The notes: generated by a model from the letters alone, not told the origin. A DNA stretch of 64,000 nt from an uncultured Acidimicrobiia bacterium (GCA_963704825.1 CAVPHV010000017.1:167325-231324); one strand, 5' to 3'; positions 19,252 through 29,836 are shown, counted from the first letter of the stretch. Numbers and translations are program-made.

Positions 19252-20199
19252 ATGATCGCAGCGGCGATCGCTGTGGTCGGCGGTCTTCTGCTCCTCATCT
19301 TTGCCTCCGACCGTCTCGTTGTCGCCGCGGTTCGGCTCTCCGAAGCGCTGGGGATCTCGGCCGTCTTGATCGGTGCACTTGTGGTCGGGTTGGGCACCTC
19401 GATGCCTGAGATGCTGGTGTCTGCCCTGGCGTCGGCCAACGGCGAGGTCGAGATTGCCATGGCGAACGTGGTCGGCTCCAACATCGCCAACGTCACCTTG
19501 GTTCTGGGGGTGGCCGCCATCATTGCCGCCATCGTGGCCGAGTGGCGCATTCTGCGCCGCGAGGGCGTTCTGATGCTCACCTCGCTCCTGGCCCTCACCG
19601 CGGTGTTGTACGACCAGGAGATCGAGCGCTGGGAGGGGGGCGCTCTTGTCTTCGGCTTCGTGATCGCGGTCTACCTGTTGATTCGCTGGTCGATGAACGA
19701 TGCCGAGGCCGTCAGCCATGCCGAAGCTGAGGTCAAGGAAATGGTCGGTGGCGAGCACAACGTGGGGTGGGAGGCGTTGATCGGCACGGTGACTCTGGTG
19801 CTCACAGTGCTCGGAGCGCGGTTCCTGCTCAGCGGAGCGCTCGACATCGGCGAGGAGATCGGTCTCAGCGACACGTTTCTCGGCGTGATGCTGGGCGTCG
19901 GTACGAGTCTGCCCGAGTTGGCGACGGCGACGGCAGCCATCCGGCGGCGGGAGTCGGATCTGGTGATGGGCAACGTGCTCGGCTCGAATCTGTTCAATTC
20001 TCTCGCCGTGGCCGGTCTGGCCGGCCTGGTCGGCCCGGGCCTCCTGCCCGGCCTCCCCATCGCCGCCCTCTGGGTGATGATCGGCGTGTCAGCGCTGGCC
20101 GGGATCTTCTCTCGCACCGGCGCCCGGGGCCGCATCGTGCGCGGCGAAGGCATCGTGCTCGTCCTGGTCTTCCTCGGCTTCACCATCCTCGCGTTCTAG
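19252..20199 (+). CDS. Ca2+/Na+ antiporter (CaCA / YrbG-like sodium-calcium exchanger)
   Basis: Two alpha-repeat regions (GTSMPEMLVS... and GTSLPELATA...). Start at ATG 19252, preceded by aaagaggag. Confidence 0.8.
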   Translation: MIAAAIAVVGGLLLLIFASDRLVVAAVRLSEALGISAVLIGALVVGLGTSMPEMLVSALASANGEVEIAMANVVGSNIANVTLVLGVAAIIAAIVAEWRILRREGVLMLTSLLALTAVLYDQEIERWEGGALVFGFVIAVYLLIRWSMNDAEAVSHAEAEVKEMVGGEHNVGWEALIGTVTLVLTVLGARFLLSGALDIGEEIGLSDTFLGVMLGVGTSLPELATATAAIRRRESDLVMGNVLGSNLFNSLAVAGLAGLVGPGLLPGLPIAALWVMIGVSALAGIFSRTGARGRIVRGEGIVLVLVFLGFTILAF

Positions 20200-20237
20200 G
20201 AACGTTGCTCGGAGCCCACTGATAGGCTCGGCGGGCT

Positions 20238-21983
20238 ATGACGGGTACCAATCAGGAGGTGGCGCGGCTGCTCCAAGAGATGGCCGATCTGACCAAGCTC
20301 GAAGACGGCACGCCCCAATCGTTTCGGGTTCGGGCCTATGAGAAGGCGGTCGACGCGGTCAGGGAGTTGCCGGCCAACGTTGCCGACATGTCGGAGGCCG
20401 AACTCGTTGCAGTCGATGGGATCGGCAAGTCAACCGCAACGAAGATCCGCGAATACGTCGATTCCGGCAGCATCGCCAAGCTCGAGGGTCTGCGGGCCAC
20501 CTACCCACCGGCGCTGGTCGAGCTGACTCGGATCCCCGGCCTGGGACCCAAGACCGTGATCCTGCTGCGAGATCAGCTCGGGGTCGGGTCCGTCGATCAA
20601 CTGCGTGGCGCCATCGAGTCGCACCAACTGCGCGATCTGCCCGGGCTCGGCGCCCGTAGCGAAGAGAAGATCGCCAGGTCGATCGAACGGCTCGGGCTGG
20701 CAGGCAAGGAACGGCGCACCCCCATCATTGAAGCGATGCCGGTGGCAAACGAACTGGTGGCAACCCTGGGAGCGCTACCCCAGGTCCGCAGGATCGAGTA
20801 TTGCGGCAGCCTGCGTCGGTTCCGCGAGACCATCGGTGACATCGACATCCTCGTTGCCTCCCATGACCCCGAGCCCATCATGGACGCCTTCGTGGCGCTG
20901 CCGATGGCCCGCGAGGTGCTCGGGCACGGTGCGACCAAGTCGGCGATCGTCACCTCAGGCGGCCTTCAAGTCGATCTTCGGGTGGTGTCCCCGGCCCAGT
21001 TCGGCGCGGCGGTGCTGTACTTCACCGGTTCGGTGGCCCACAACGTCGAGCTGCGCCAGCGCGCCATCGAGCAGGGCTGGACGCTCAACGAGTATGCCCT
21101 ATCGGACGCCGAGGCCGGAGTGGTGATCGCCTCGCGAACCGAAAAGTCGATCTATGCGGCCCTCGGCCTGCGCGAGATTCCCCCCGAACTGCGAGAGGGC
21201 CACGGTGAGGTAGAGGCCGCCGCCACCGGGACCTTGCCTCGACTCGTCACCGAGAGCGACATCAAGGGCGACCTCCACGTCCACTCGACATGGTCGGGGG
21301 ATGGCCGCTCGGAACTGCTCGACATGCTCGAGGTAGCCGCGTCCAGGGGCTTGGAGTACGTCGCCATCACCGAGCACGGCGAGGACCTTGCCATCAACGG
21401 TCTTTCCCGTGACGAGGTCCGCGAGGAGCGTGCCCTGATCAACGAGTACCGAGATCGATTCCCCGACATGGTGATCCTGCACGGCGCCGAACTCAATATC
21501 GGCCCTGACGGCGGGTTGGACTACGACGACGACTTTCTGATGGAGTACGACTGGTGCGTGGCCAGCGTCCACTCCCAATTCGAGCTGTCCGCCGAGCTAC
21601 AGACCGAACGCTTGATCCGGGCCATGACCCATCCGGCGGTCAACGTCATCGGCCACCTCACCGGGCGCATGATCGGGCGCCGGCCCGGTATCGATCTCGA
21701 TGCCGAGGCCGTGTTCGCGGCGGCAGCTGCCACCGGGACCGCACTCGAGATCAACTGCCATCTCGACAGGCTCGATGTTCCCGCGGACCTGTTGCGCCGG
21801 GCCCGCACCGTCGAAGGAATCCGGTTCGTCATCTCAACCGACTCCCACCACACCAAGGAGTTCGGCAACCTGAAATGGGGGGTCAAGAACGCCCGTCGCG
21901 GCTGGGTCGACAAGCGCCAAGTGGTCAACACCTGGCCGGCCGAACGGTTCCTGAAGTGGGCGGCCAGCAAGCGCGGTCGGTGA
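20238..21983 (+). CDS. polX: DNA polymerase X family protein with PHP domain (PolX)
   Basis: N-terminal HhH/pol-beta-like core (GIGKSTATKIREY...; GDIDILV nucleotidyltransferase motif) plus C-terminal PHP (HVHSTWSGDG...TDSHH). Confidence 0.88.
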   Translation: MTGTNQEVARLLQEMADLTKLEDGTPQSFRVRAYEKAVDAVRELPANVADMSEAELVAVDGIGKSTATKIREYVDSGSIAKLEGLRATYPPALVELTRIPGLGPKTVILLRDQLGVGSVDQLRGAIESHQLRDLPGLGARSEEKIARSIERLGLAGKERRTPIIEAMPVANELVATLGALPQVRRIEYCGSLRRFRETIGDIDILVASHDPEPIMDAFVALPMAREVLGHGATKSAIVTSGGLQVDLRVVSPAQFGAAVLYFTGSVAHNVELRQRAIEQGWTLNEYALSDAEAGVVIASRTEKSIYAALGLREIPPELREGHGEVEAAATGTLPRLVTESDIKGDLHVHSTWSGDGRSELLDMLEVAASRGLEYVAITEHGEDLAINGLSRDEVREERALINEYRDRFPDMVILHGAELNIGPDGGLDYDDDFLMEYDWCVASVHSQFELSAELQTERLIRAMTHPAVNVIGHLTGRMIGRRPGIDLDAEAVFAAAAATGTALEINCHLDRLDVPADLLRRARTVEGIRFVISTDSHHTKEFGNLKWGVKNARRGWVDKRQVVNTWPAERFLKWAASKRGR

Positions 21984-22083
21984 GGTTGGGTCGGCCGCCG
22001 ATCGCGGAGTTCACACTTTGGTAATCGCCAATCGCTAGGGGTTGGCGGCGGTGCCGTGTTATACCTTCGTCACACGGTTTCTC

Positions 22084-23631
22084 ATGAACGACGTACCACC
22101 CCAAACTCGCCGCCCAGATCGGGGCCAGGCCTCCCTGGCCGGCGCCGCAGCGGCCGGGCTCTCGCTCGGGCTCACCGAACTGGCGGCCGGGCTGTTCGGC
22201 TCGGTCCCGTCGGCGGTTGCCGCCGTCGGCGGGCTGGTGGTCGACGTCGCCCCCAAGGTGGTGCGTGACGCTGCGATTTCCGTCTTCGGTACCGCCGACA
22301 AGGGCGCTCTCGCCATCGGCACGGCGATTATCACGCTCGTGATCGGAGCCATCGTCGGGCGCCTTGCGATGCGGCGTCCCTGGGTGGCGACGGTTGCCTT
22401 CGTTGGTTTCGCCGTCCTCGGTATCGGGGCAGCTCTCACCGAGCCGCTCATCTCGCCGCTCGCCACAACACTGGTCATCGGGCTTGCCGCCTTCGCCGGC
22501 TGGTGGGTGCTGCGCAAGCTCCTGGCGCCACGCCCGATCGAGTCGCCTTCCGATCACGTCCCGGCCGATGCCGGGCGCCGCCGCCTCGTGACGCAGATCG
22601 CCGCCGTCGGCGTCGCTGCGGTCGTCGCCGGTTCCGTCGGCCGTTCCATGATCATCCGACGTTCCGAGGAGGTCAGGGTCGACGCCACCCTCCCCGAGCC
22701 GGTGACGCGAGTGCTTCCCCCCGGACCGGATGCCGCGCTCGATGTGATCGGGCTGAGCCCCATCGTCACACCGAACGATCGGTTCTACCGGATTGACACC
22801 GCTTTGGTCGTCCCCGGGCCCAATCCGGACATCTGGCGACTCAAGGTGACCGGACTCGTGGATCGTGAGCTCGAGCTCTCACTGACCGACCTGCAGCAGA
22901 TGGGGCTGCACGAGGAGTACGTCACGATCTCGTGTGTTTCGAACGAGGTCGGTGGTGGCCTGGTCGGCAATGCCAAATGGACCGGGGTGAAGCTGACGGA
23001 TGTCCTCGACCGGGCCGGGGTCAAACCCGAGGCGACCCAAATCGTTGGTCGTTCGGTCGATGGTTGGACCGCGGGGTTCCCCACCGAGGTTGCCTACGAC
23101 GGTCGGGAGGCGCTGATCGCGTTGGGGATGAACGGCGAGCCGTTGCCGCGCCGCCACGGCTTCCCCGCTCGTTTGATCGTTCCGGGTCTCTACGGCTACG
23201 TCTCCGCGACGAAGTGGCTGCGAGAGCTCGAGCTGACCACATGGGAGGACTTCGACGGCTATTGGGTTCCCCGCGGCTGGTCAAAGACCGGTCCGATCAA
23301 GACGCAGTCTCGGATCGACTACCCACGCCGGGGCGAGCAGATCACCGGCAAGCCTGCGGTGGTTGCCGGGGTGGCGTGGGCCCCTACCAGGGGTATCTCC
23401 GGAGTCGAGGTGAGGTTCAACGACGGCTCGTGGATTCCGGCCCAGCTGACGACCCCGCTCTCCGACAGCGCGTGGGTACAGTGGAAGGTAGAGACCGAGA
23501 TTGCGCCGGGGGAGTACATTGTTGCCGTCAGGGCGACCGACGGCACCGGCCAAACCCAGACGTCGGAGGTGAGCGAACCTGCTCCCGACGGGGCCACCGG
23601 TTACCACCAGATCGACTTCGTGGCGGTCTGA
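22084..23631 (+). CDS. Molybdopterin-dependent oxidoreductase (sulfite-oxidase fold) with N-terminal membrane domain
   Basis: Oxidoreductase Mo-binding domain (YVTISCVSNEVGG...PARLIVPGLYGYVSATKWL) after ~4 TM helices. Start at ATG 22084. Confidence 0.8.
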   Translation: MNDVPPQTRRPDRGQASLAGAAAAGLSLGLTELAAGLFGSVPSAVAAVGGLVVDVAPKVVRDAAISVFGTADKGALAIGTAIITLVIGAIVGRLAMRRPWVATVAFVGFAVLGIGAALTEPLISPLATTLVIGLAAFAGWWVLRKLLAPRPIESPSDHVPADAGRRRLVTQIAAVGVAAVVAGSVGRSMIIRRSEEVRVDATLPEPVTRVLPPGPDAALDVIGLSPIVTPNDRFYRIDTALVVPGPNPDIWRLKVTGLVDRELELSLTDLQQMGLHEEYVTISCVSNEVGGGLVGNAKWTGVKLTDVLDRAGVKPEATQIVGRSVDGWTAGFPTEVAYDGREALIALGMNGEPLPRRHGFPARLIVPGLYGYVSATKWLRELELTTWEDFDGYWVPRGWSKTGPIKTQSRIDYPRRGEQITGKPAVVAGVAWAPTRGISGVEVRFNDGSWIPAQLTTPLSDSAWVQWKVETEIAPGEYIVAVRATDGTGQTQTSEVSEPAPDGATGYHQIDFVAV

Positions 23632-23719
23632 GCACCTCCGATGGTTCGGCCGGATGGGGCCATTGGGCCCTGAAGCCGGTTGCGGCAATGAGGCACAGTG
23701 GAACCTGCGGGAGGATGTT

Positions 23720-23971
23720 ATGGGCGACCAACTCCGCCATGTCACCGAGGTGCTTCGGGTTGCCGGCGTCACGGTGGCCGACATTGCGGAACGATCCGGT
23801 TACTCGCTGCAGAACGTGTCGGCCGAGCTCGCCGGGCGCCGCCCGATGTCGCTCCATACCCTCGAGGCGATCGGAAGCCTGGCCGGTGTCACCGTGGCGG
23901 CAGAGGTCCAGGCGATGTCGGGGCGGGCCCGGGCCGAGTACCTCGAGGAGGCCAACGCCGGCCGGTTGTGA
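23720..23971 (+). CDS. Small hypothetical protein, possible HTH
   Basis: 83 aa with a VTVADIAERSGYSLQNVSAEL helix-turn-helix-like segment. ATG 23720 is preceded by gggagga. Weak call. Confidence 0.35.
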   Translation: MGDQLRHVTEVLRVAGVTVADIAERSGYSLQNVSAELAGRRPMSLHTLEAIGSLAGVTVAAEVQAMSGRARAEYLEEANAGRL

Positions 23972-24012
23972 CGACGCCGGATTGCGCTCCGGTGGCGTCG
24001 TATGCTGCGGGC

Positions 24013-24513
24013 ATGGAGCAGAACACCACGTCATCACCAAGTGAACCGGAACCGCTGAAGCCCCAGGTTGTCGACGAAGATGAGATGGGCCAACCCGAAG
24101 GTGGCGACGGCACCTTCGTGACCGAACCATCGAAGCTGCTTCGCATCGCGTCGATGACCCGAGCCATGCTCGATGAGGTGCGCCAGGCACCGCTCGACGA
24201 GCAGGGCCGCCATCGGCTGCTCGAGGTTTACCAGGCTTCGATCGATCAACTTCACGAAACACTCAGTCCCGATCTCCAGGATGAGTTGGCGACCATCTTC
24301 CAGCCGCTCGAGCAGGAAACGGCCAGCGAATCGGAGCTTCGGATCGTTCAGGCTCAACTGGTCGGCTGGTTGGAGGGTCTGTTCCATGGCATCCAGGCGT
24401 CGCTGTTCAGTCAGCAAGCTTCGGCGGCCGCCCAACTCGAGGAAATGCGCAAGCGCCGTGCCCTCGAAGCCGCCACCCACGAGGAAGAGACCCGGCCCGG
24501 GTTGTATCTGTAG
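24013..24513 (+). CDS. bpa: Bacterial proteasome activator Bpa/PafE (DUF2587)
   Basis: RIVQAQLVGWLEGLFHGIQ matches the conserved Bpa core. The C-terminus is ...RPGLYL, against GQYL in the described Bpa. Start taken at MEQNTT (24013). Confidence 0.78.
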   Translation: MEQNTTSSPSEPEPLKPQVVDEDEMGQPEGGDGTFVTEPSKLLRIASMTRAMLDEVRQAPLDEQGRHRLLEVYQASIDQLHETLSPDLQDELATIFQPLEQETASESELRIVQAQLVGWLEGLFHGIQASLFSQQASAAAQLEEMRKRRALEAATHEEETRPGLYL

Positions 24514-24522
24514 AACGGGTCG

Positions 24523-27120
24523 TCAATTCTCCGGGTCGGGGACCACCGGCGGCGGGTAGCGCAACGCTGCCTGGGCCGCGGCGAGGCGCGCGATGGGGAT
24601 ACGGGGCGGGCCGCACGACACGTAGTCGACGCCCGCACGGTGGAAGAACTCAATCGATGCTGGGTCGCCACCGTGTTCGCCACACACCCCGATATCGAGC
24701 CCGGGATTGACCCGCAGCCCCTCTTCGATGGCGATCTCAATCAATCGACCAACGCCGTCGGGATCGATGGTGCGGAACGGATTGTGAACCAGGATGCCCT
24801 GTTCGAGATAGTCCCGCAGGAAGGCCTCTTCCGCATCGTCGCGGCTCAGACCGAGCGTGGTCTGGGTGAGGTCGTTGGTCCCGAATGAGAAGAAGTCGGA
24901 GCCGAGGGCGATGTCGCCTGCCACCAGCGCGGTCCGGGGCAGCTCAATCATGGTGCCGATCGCCAATTCGAGGAGCCGGCCCGCGTAGTGGAGCTCCTCT
25001 TCGATCATGTCCCTGACGAGGAACAGCTCCTCGGGCAGGCCAACGAGCGGGATCATCAACTCCAGGCGCGGGTCACCTCCCGCGTCGAGGCGGCGCCGTA
25101 CGGCTTCGAGCGCCGCCAGCACCTGGACCCGGTAGATCTCGGGGATGACTACGGCGAGGCGCACCCCGCGCAGGCCGAGCATCGGATTCGACTCCTCGTG
25201 CCAACCGAGGGAGGCCTCGAGTCGTTCGAGATCCTCGGTGGGGAGGCCCTGATCGCGTCGCAACTGGAGGTCGTGCTCGACATCGAGGCGGTCGGGGAGG
25301 AACTCGTGGAGTGGCGGGTCGAGCAGGCGGACCACGACGGGCATCCCGTCCATCGCCTCGAGGAGTCGTTCGAAGTCACCGATCTGGAGTTGCTCGAGTT
25401 CGGCCAAAGCCGCGGCGCGTTCCCCCGGGTCGGCTCCCAGCAAGATCTGCTGGACGACGGCAAGCCGGTCGCCGGCGAACATGTACTCGGTTCTGGCCAA
25501 ACCGATTCCCTCGGCGCCGGCGCGGCGAGCCACGATGGCGTCCTCCGGCGTGTCGGCGTTGGCCCAGACCTCGAGGCGGCGCACCTCGTCGGCCCACTCC
25601 AGCAGCCGCTCGAGCGAGGGTGAGCGCACCGGGGGCTCGATCGCCAGCGAACCGGCGTAGACGTTTCCGGTTGAGCCATCGATGGTGATGGTGTCGCCGG
25701 CTCCGAAGCTGCGGCCGGCGATCGACATCTGCCGGCGCTCGAGGTCGATGGTCGCGTTGCCGATTCCCGCAACGGCCGGAGTCCCGATGCCGCGTGCTAC
25801 GACAACGCCGTGCGAGGTGCCCCCGCCGTGGGTGGCGAGCAGACCGGCGGCAACCCGGACGCCGGCGACGTCCTCCGGCAGGGCCTCCCGGGTGACCAGG
25901 ATCACCGAGCGGCCCGCGCTGGCGGCATCAACTGCGGCGTCGGCGTCAAAGACCATTTCGCCTGCCGCGGCACCCGGCGATGCCGCGGCGCCCGTCGCCA
26001 GCGGGGTGGGGAGAAGATGCGGGGCCAAGTGGGGGTGGAGCATCCCGTCGAGTTGTTCCGGGTCGATCCGGAGCATGGCCTCGGCCTTGGTTAGCAGCCC
26101 TTCGTCGACCATGTCCACAGCCGAGCGCACCGCTCCCTGGGGCGCCTGCTCGGCACGCCGAGCCTCCACCAGCCAGAGTTCGCCGCGTTCTCTGACGAAT
26201 TCGACGCGCACCACCTCCCGCCTGGCCTGCTCGAGCGCACCGAGGGCGCCGATGAGGTTGCGGTGGGAGACGTGGTCTGCGGTATCGAGGTCGGCGATCC
26301 CCGGATAGAGCAGCTGGGACTTTGGTCGGCTCGCCCCGTCGACGTAGATCCCGCCCGGCATCGGATGGCCGTCGACCGGGTCGCGGCTGAAGGCAACTCC
26401 GGTGCCGCTTCCCCCCGGTGCGTTGCCGAAGACCATGAGATGGGCGACCGCGGCGGTCCCGAGATCGTCGAGGATGCCGCGCTGACGCCGATACTGACGG
26501 GCCGGACGGCGATCCCACGACTCGAACACTGCTTCGACGGCTTCACGCGCTTGCGCCTCGAGCGTCGCCGGGAGGGGGCGTTGCGACTCCTCCACGATCA
26601 GCGCAGCCATGGCATCACCGGCGGCAACGAGTCCGGCTGTATCGAGCTCGGCAGGGTCCTCGGCCCCGCGGGTCTGGCACACTTCGGCCATCACCCTTTC
26701 GATACGGTGGCGCGGCACCCGCCGTACCGTCCTGGCGAACCCTTGAAGGAAGCGGCGCCGGACGTCTGCGGCAAACTCCTCAGAACCCCACTCGATCAAC
26801 GCCGGGTAGGAGTCGTCGGTCACTCCGACGTAGAGCACGGTCCCCATCACCCCCGGCATCGGAACCGTCGGGCTGGCGCGCACCGCGAGCAGCGGCGGCC
26901 GGTTGCCGGCGGCGACATGGCTGAGGTGAGCAACGACCTGGTCCCAGGTATCGCCGGGAAGATCGCCGGTCTGCAAGAAGCGGCGGCAGGCCACCGCGCT
27001 GATGCTGCAGCCGGGCGGGACCGGCAAGCCCATTGCAGTCATCTCCGTCAGCGCCCGGCCGCGGTCGCCGATCAACTCTGGGTCGGCATTTGCTTCGTCG
27101 AAACCCCAGACGTACTGCAT
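24523..27120 (-). CDS. ppdK: Pyruvate, phosphate dikinase
   Basis: 865 aa. N-terminal ATP-grasp (MQYVWGFDEANAD...LTEMTAMGLPVPPG), central GGTSHGVVVARGIGTPAVAG phospho-His domain, C-terminal PEP-utilising TNDLTQTTLGLSRDD. Confidence 0.9.
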   Translation of the reverse strand: MQYVWGFDEANADPELIGDRGRALTEMTAMGLPVPPGCSISAVACRRFLQTGDLPGDTWDQVVAHLSHVAAGNRPPLLAVRASPTVPMPGVMGTVLYVGVTDDSYPALIEWGSEEFAADVRRRFLQGFARTVRRVPRHRIERVMAEVCQTRGAEDPAELDTAGLVAAGDAMAALIVEESQRPLPATLEAQAREAVEAVFESWDRRPARQYRRQRGILDDLGTAAVAHLMVFGNAPGGSGTGVAFSRDPVDGHPMPGGIYVDGASRPKSQLLYPGIADLDTADHVSHRNLIGALGALEQARREVVRVEFVRERGELWLVEARRAEQAPQGAVRSAVDMVDEGLLTKAEAMLRIDPEQLDGMLHPHLAPHLLPTPLATGAAASPGAAAGEMVFDADAAVDAASAGRSVILVTREALPEDVAGVRVAAGLLATHGGGTSHGVVVARGIGTPAVAGIGNATIDLERRQMSIAGRSFGAGDTITIDGSTGNVYAGSLAIEPPVRSPSLERLLEWADEVRRLEVWANADTPEDAIVARRAGAEGIGLARTEYMFAGDRLAVVQQILLGADPGERAAALAELEQLQIGDFERLLEAMDGMPVVVRLLDPPLHEFLPDRLDVEHDLQLRRDQGLPTEDLERLEASLGWHEESNPMLGLRGVRLAVVIPEIYRVQVLAALEAVRRRLDAGGDPRLELMIPLVGLPEELFLVRDMIEEELHYAGRLLELAIGTMIELPRTALVAGDIALGSDFFSFGTNDLTQTTLGLSRDDAEEAFLRDYLEQGILVHNPFRTIDPDGVGRLIEIAIEEGLRVNPGLDIGVCGEHGGDPASIEFFHRAGVDYVSCGPPRIPIARLAAAQAALRYPPPVVPDPEN

Positions 27121-27170
27121 GGGCCCAGTTAAGCCTGTTGTGGGGCCCGGCGGCGAGACGAAGCTTCTCG

Positions 27171-28286
27171 CTACACGGGGATGCGGATCCTCACGGTGGT
27201 TCCGATGCCGGTTGCGCTCACGACGGTGGCTTCGCCACCGGCGCGCGAGGCCCGAGTCCTGATGTTCTCGAGTCCCATGCCGGTGGTGGGTGCGGTCGGG
27301 TCGAACCCGGTGCCCTCGTCGGCGATGCTGAGCATGATTTCGTCGCGATCGCGTCGAATCGAAACATGGATGTTGTCGGTGTCGGCGTGGCGCAGAGCGT
27401 TGCTGACCGCCTCGCTGATCAACTGCAGCGCGTCGTCCACCATGGTGGGCGGCAGGTCGTCGAGCTGCCCATCGAATGTCATCTGGGCCACCGTGGGATA
27501 CGGTTCGGCGAGATGGCCGATCAGATCGGACACTTCGGCCCGCAGGTCACGCCGGGACCACACCGGAGGGCGCAGGTCGAAGATGAAGCGCCTGAGCGAT
27601 GCGATGGTTTCGTCGAGGCGTTCGACGGTCTCGGCGATGACTCTGGCGACTTCGGGTTCGACCACCTTCTGGGTTTGCGCCTGGAGCGAGAGCCCGACGG
27701 CGAAGAGGTCCTGGATGATGGCATCGTGGAGGTCGCGTGCGATTCGCTCTCGGTCTTCGACGATGGCGAGGCGGCGCAGCCTGCGCTGCATTCGTGCCGT
27801 GTTGATGGCGGATCCGGCGATGACGGCGATCCCCTCGACCAACCGCTCGTCCTGAACGGTGAAGCCGTGTTCCTTCTCGGTGAGGTAGAGGTTGCCGTAG
27901 ACTTCAGAACCGAGTCGCACCGGCACTCCCAGGAAGGTGTCCATGGTGGGGTGGTGCGCCGGGAACCCGAAGGCCTCGGGGTGATCGGCGATGCTGTCGG
28001 TCCGCACCGTCTGTGCCTTCCGGGCGAGCATGCCGAGCAGTCCGAGCCCCTCGGGCTCGTGGCCGATGGCTTCGGCAACGTCGGGTGGCACCCCGAGATA
28101 GAGGAACTCGAGCAGTCCGCCGTCCTCGTCGAGCACCCCGAGCGCGCCATATTGGGCGCCGGTGAGCTCCATCGCGGTCTCGATGGTGGTGTACAAGACC
28201 GACGTGAGGTCGGTTTGGCCGGCGACCGCGGCTGCCCCCTCGACGAGCTGCCGGAAGCGATCCGCCGGCAGCGGGGTCACATCCAT
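27171..28286 (-). CDS. GAF-domain sensor histidine kinase (HisKA_3/NarL-type partner)
   Basis: N-terminal GAF domain, then a dimerisation/His region (IARDLHDAIIQDLFAVGLSL) and a HATPase_c. Cytoplasmic, no TM. Divergent from the LuxR-family regulator. Confidence 0.85.
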   Translation of the reverse strand: MDVTPLPADRFRQLVEGAAAVAGQTDLTSVLYTTIETAMELTGAQYGALGVLDEDGGLLEFLYLGVPPDVAEAIGHEPEGLGLLGMLARKAQTVRTDSIADHPEAFGFPAHHPTMDTFLGVPVRLGSEVYGNLYLTEKEHGFTVQDERLVEGIAVIAGSAINTARMQRRLRRLAIVEDRERIARDLHDAIIQDLFAVGLSLQAQTQKVVEPEVARVIAETVERLDETIASLRRFIFDLRPPVWSRRDLRAEVSDLIGHLAEPYPTVAQMTFDGQLDDLPPTMVDDALQLISEAVSNALRHADTDNIHVSIRRDRDEIMLSIADEGTGFDPTAPTTGMGLENIRTRASRAGGEATVVSATGIGTTVRIRIPV

Positions 28287-28407
28287 GGCCGTGAGCGTAA
28301 CTGAGATCGGGCACGGGTGGTTTCGGCGTTGGACCGCGGGTACTGTCAGGAAGGGCCTTAAGACCCCCCCGCCATGGCCGGCGCGGCCGTTAGGTTGACC
28401 AACGAAG

Positions 28408-29088
28408 ATGAACAGCGAACCGTTGAGAGTTCTGCTCGTCGATGACCATGAGGTGGTGCGGCAGGGGCTGCGGGCACTCTTGGAGTCGAACGAGACGATT
28501 GATGTGGTCGGCGAAGCCGGAACGGCAGCCGATGCGGTTCGACGCGTCGGCTACGACGGACCTGATGTCGTCGTGATGGATGTGCGGCTTCCCGACGGCT
28601 CCGGCGTTGATGCCTGCCGGGAGATCCGATCGCGCTGGCCCGACATCAGGGTGCTGATGTTGACCTCTTATGCCGACGAAGAGGCGTTGGTGGCGGCGAT
28701 CATGGCCGGCGCCGCTGGCTATGTGCTGAAGCGGATCAACAGCGAAGAGTTGGTCCGCAGCGTGCAGCGGGTGGGGCGCGGAGAGTCACTGCTCGACCCG
28801 GAGATGACCGAACGGCTGTTTCGCAAGATCCGAGGTGAAGCGGAGGAAGATCCGCTGCTGGCCCGCTTGTCGCCCCAGGAACGAAAGATCCTCGATCTCA
28901 TTGCGGCCGGGATGACCAACCGCGAGATTGCCGAGGAGCTCTACCTCGCCGAAAAGACGGTCAAGAACTACGTATCGAATCTCCTCGGCAAGCTCGAGAT
29001 GAAGCGTCGCAGCGAGGCTGCTGCCTATGCGGCGCGGCTGGCGGCCAGTCGCCGCCGGCAGTATCCACCCGAGGATTGGGAGGGCTGA
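28408..29088 (+). CDS. LuxR/NarL-family two-component response regulator
   Basis: REC domain (VLLVDDHEVVRQG...VVVMDVRLPDGSG) plus a C-terminal LuxR HTH (LSPQERKILDLIAAGMTNREIAEELYLAEKTVKNYVSNLL). Confidence 0.9.
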   Translation: MNSEPLRVLLVDDHEVVRQGLRALLESNETIDVVGEAGTAADAVRRVGYDGPDVVVMDVRLPDGSGVDACREIRSRWPDIRVLMLTSYADEEALVAAIMAGAAGYVLKRINSEELVRSVQRVGRGESLLDPEMTERLFRKIRGEAEEDPLLARLSPQERKILDLIAAGMTNREIAEELYLAEKTVKNYVSNLLGKLEMKRRSEAAAYAARLAASRRRQYPPEDWEG

Positions 29089-29155
29089 TGTCTGGGGGGT
29101 TCGCGGTAGGCTGGCGCCTGGCGACGGCCCGCAGGGCCGCGAAAGGAGATCGGGC

Positions 29156-29827
29156 ATGAAAGTCTCGGATGTGATGACCGTCGACGTGGTCACGGTCGCA
29201 CCCGATACGGGCCTCAAAGCTGCCGCCCGAAAGATGGTCGAGCACGGCGTGAGCGGCCTTCCGGTCATCGATGGCACCGGCCGGCTGGTCGGCATCATCA
29301 CCGAGGCCGACTTCGTCAAGCAGGAAGCCGGTCGTAGCCAGTTCCGCTACCGCAGGTTGCTCGATGCCGTGTTCGGCGAGCGCGAGACTCGCCCCCAGGG
29401 CGATACCGTCGCCGACGCGATGACCCGCCAACCTCTCACGATCGACGAAAACGCTCGTCTTGCCGAAGCCGCCCGCGAAATGTCCGACCGCGGGGTCAAG
29501 CGGCTCCCTGTGGTCGACGGCAACGGCCATCTGCTCGGGATCGTCAGCCGAGCCGACATCGTCACCGCGTATGTTCGTCCCGACGATGTGATCGAGGATC
29601 AGATCCGGCAGGATGTGATCGAACGCATCCTCATGATCGAGGGCCATGAACTCGAGGTGAGCGTCGAAGAGGGCGTGGTGTGTGTCGCCGGCACCGTACC
29701 CACCAGGACCGACGCCCGGCTCCTCGAGGAGTTGGTCGGCAGGCTCGAGGGTGTGGTTCGGGTCGAAGCCAAGCTCGAGTGGCGGGTCGACGACACGGTC
29801 TCGCCCGATATGCCACCGGTCATGTGA
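29156..29827 (+). CDS. CBS-pair + BON domain protein (Hrp1-like)
   Basis: Two CBS motifs (MKVSDVMTVDVVTV...GLPVID; VADAMTRQPLTI...RLPVVD) and a C-terminal BON-like segment. ATG 29156 follows gaaaggag. Confidence 0.8.
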   Translation: MKVSDVMTVDVVTVAPDTGLKAAARKMVEHGVSGLPVIDGTGRLVGIITEADFVKQEAGRSQFRYRRLLDAVFGERETRPQGDTVADAMTRQPLTIDENARLAEAAREMSDRGVKRLPVVDGNGHLLGIVSRADIVTAYVRPDDVIEDQIRQDVIERILMIEGHELEVSVEEGVVCVAGTVPTRTDARLLEELVGRLEGVVRVEAKLEWRVDDTVSPDMPPVM

Positions 29828-29836
29828 CAAAAAAAG

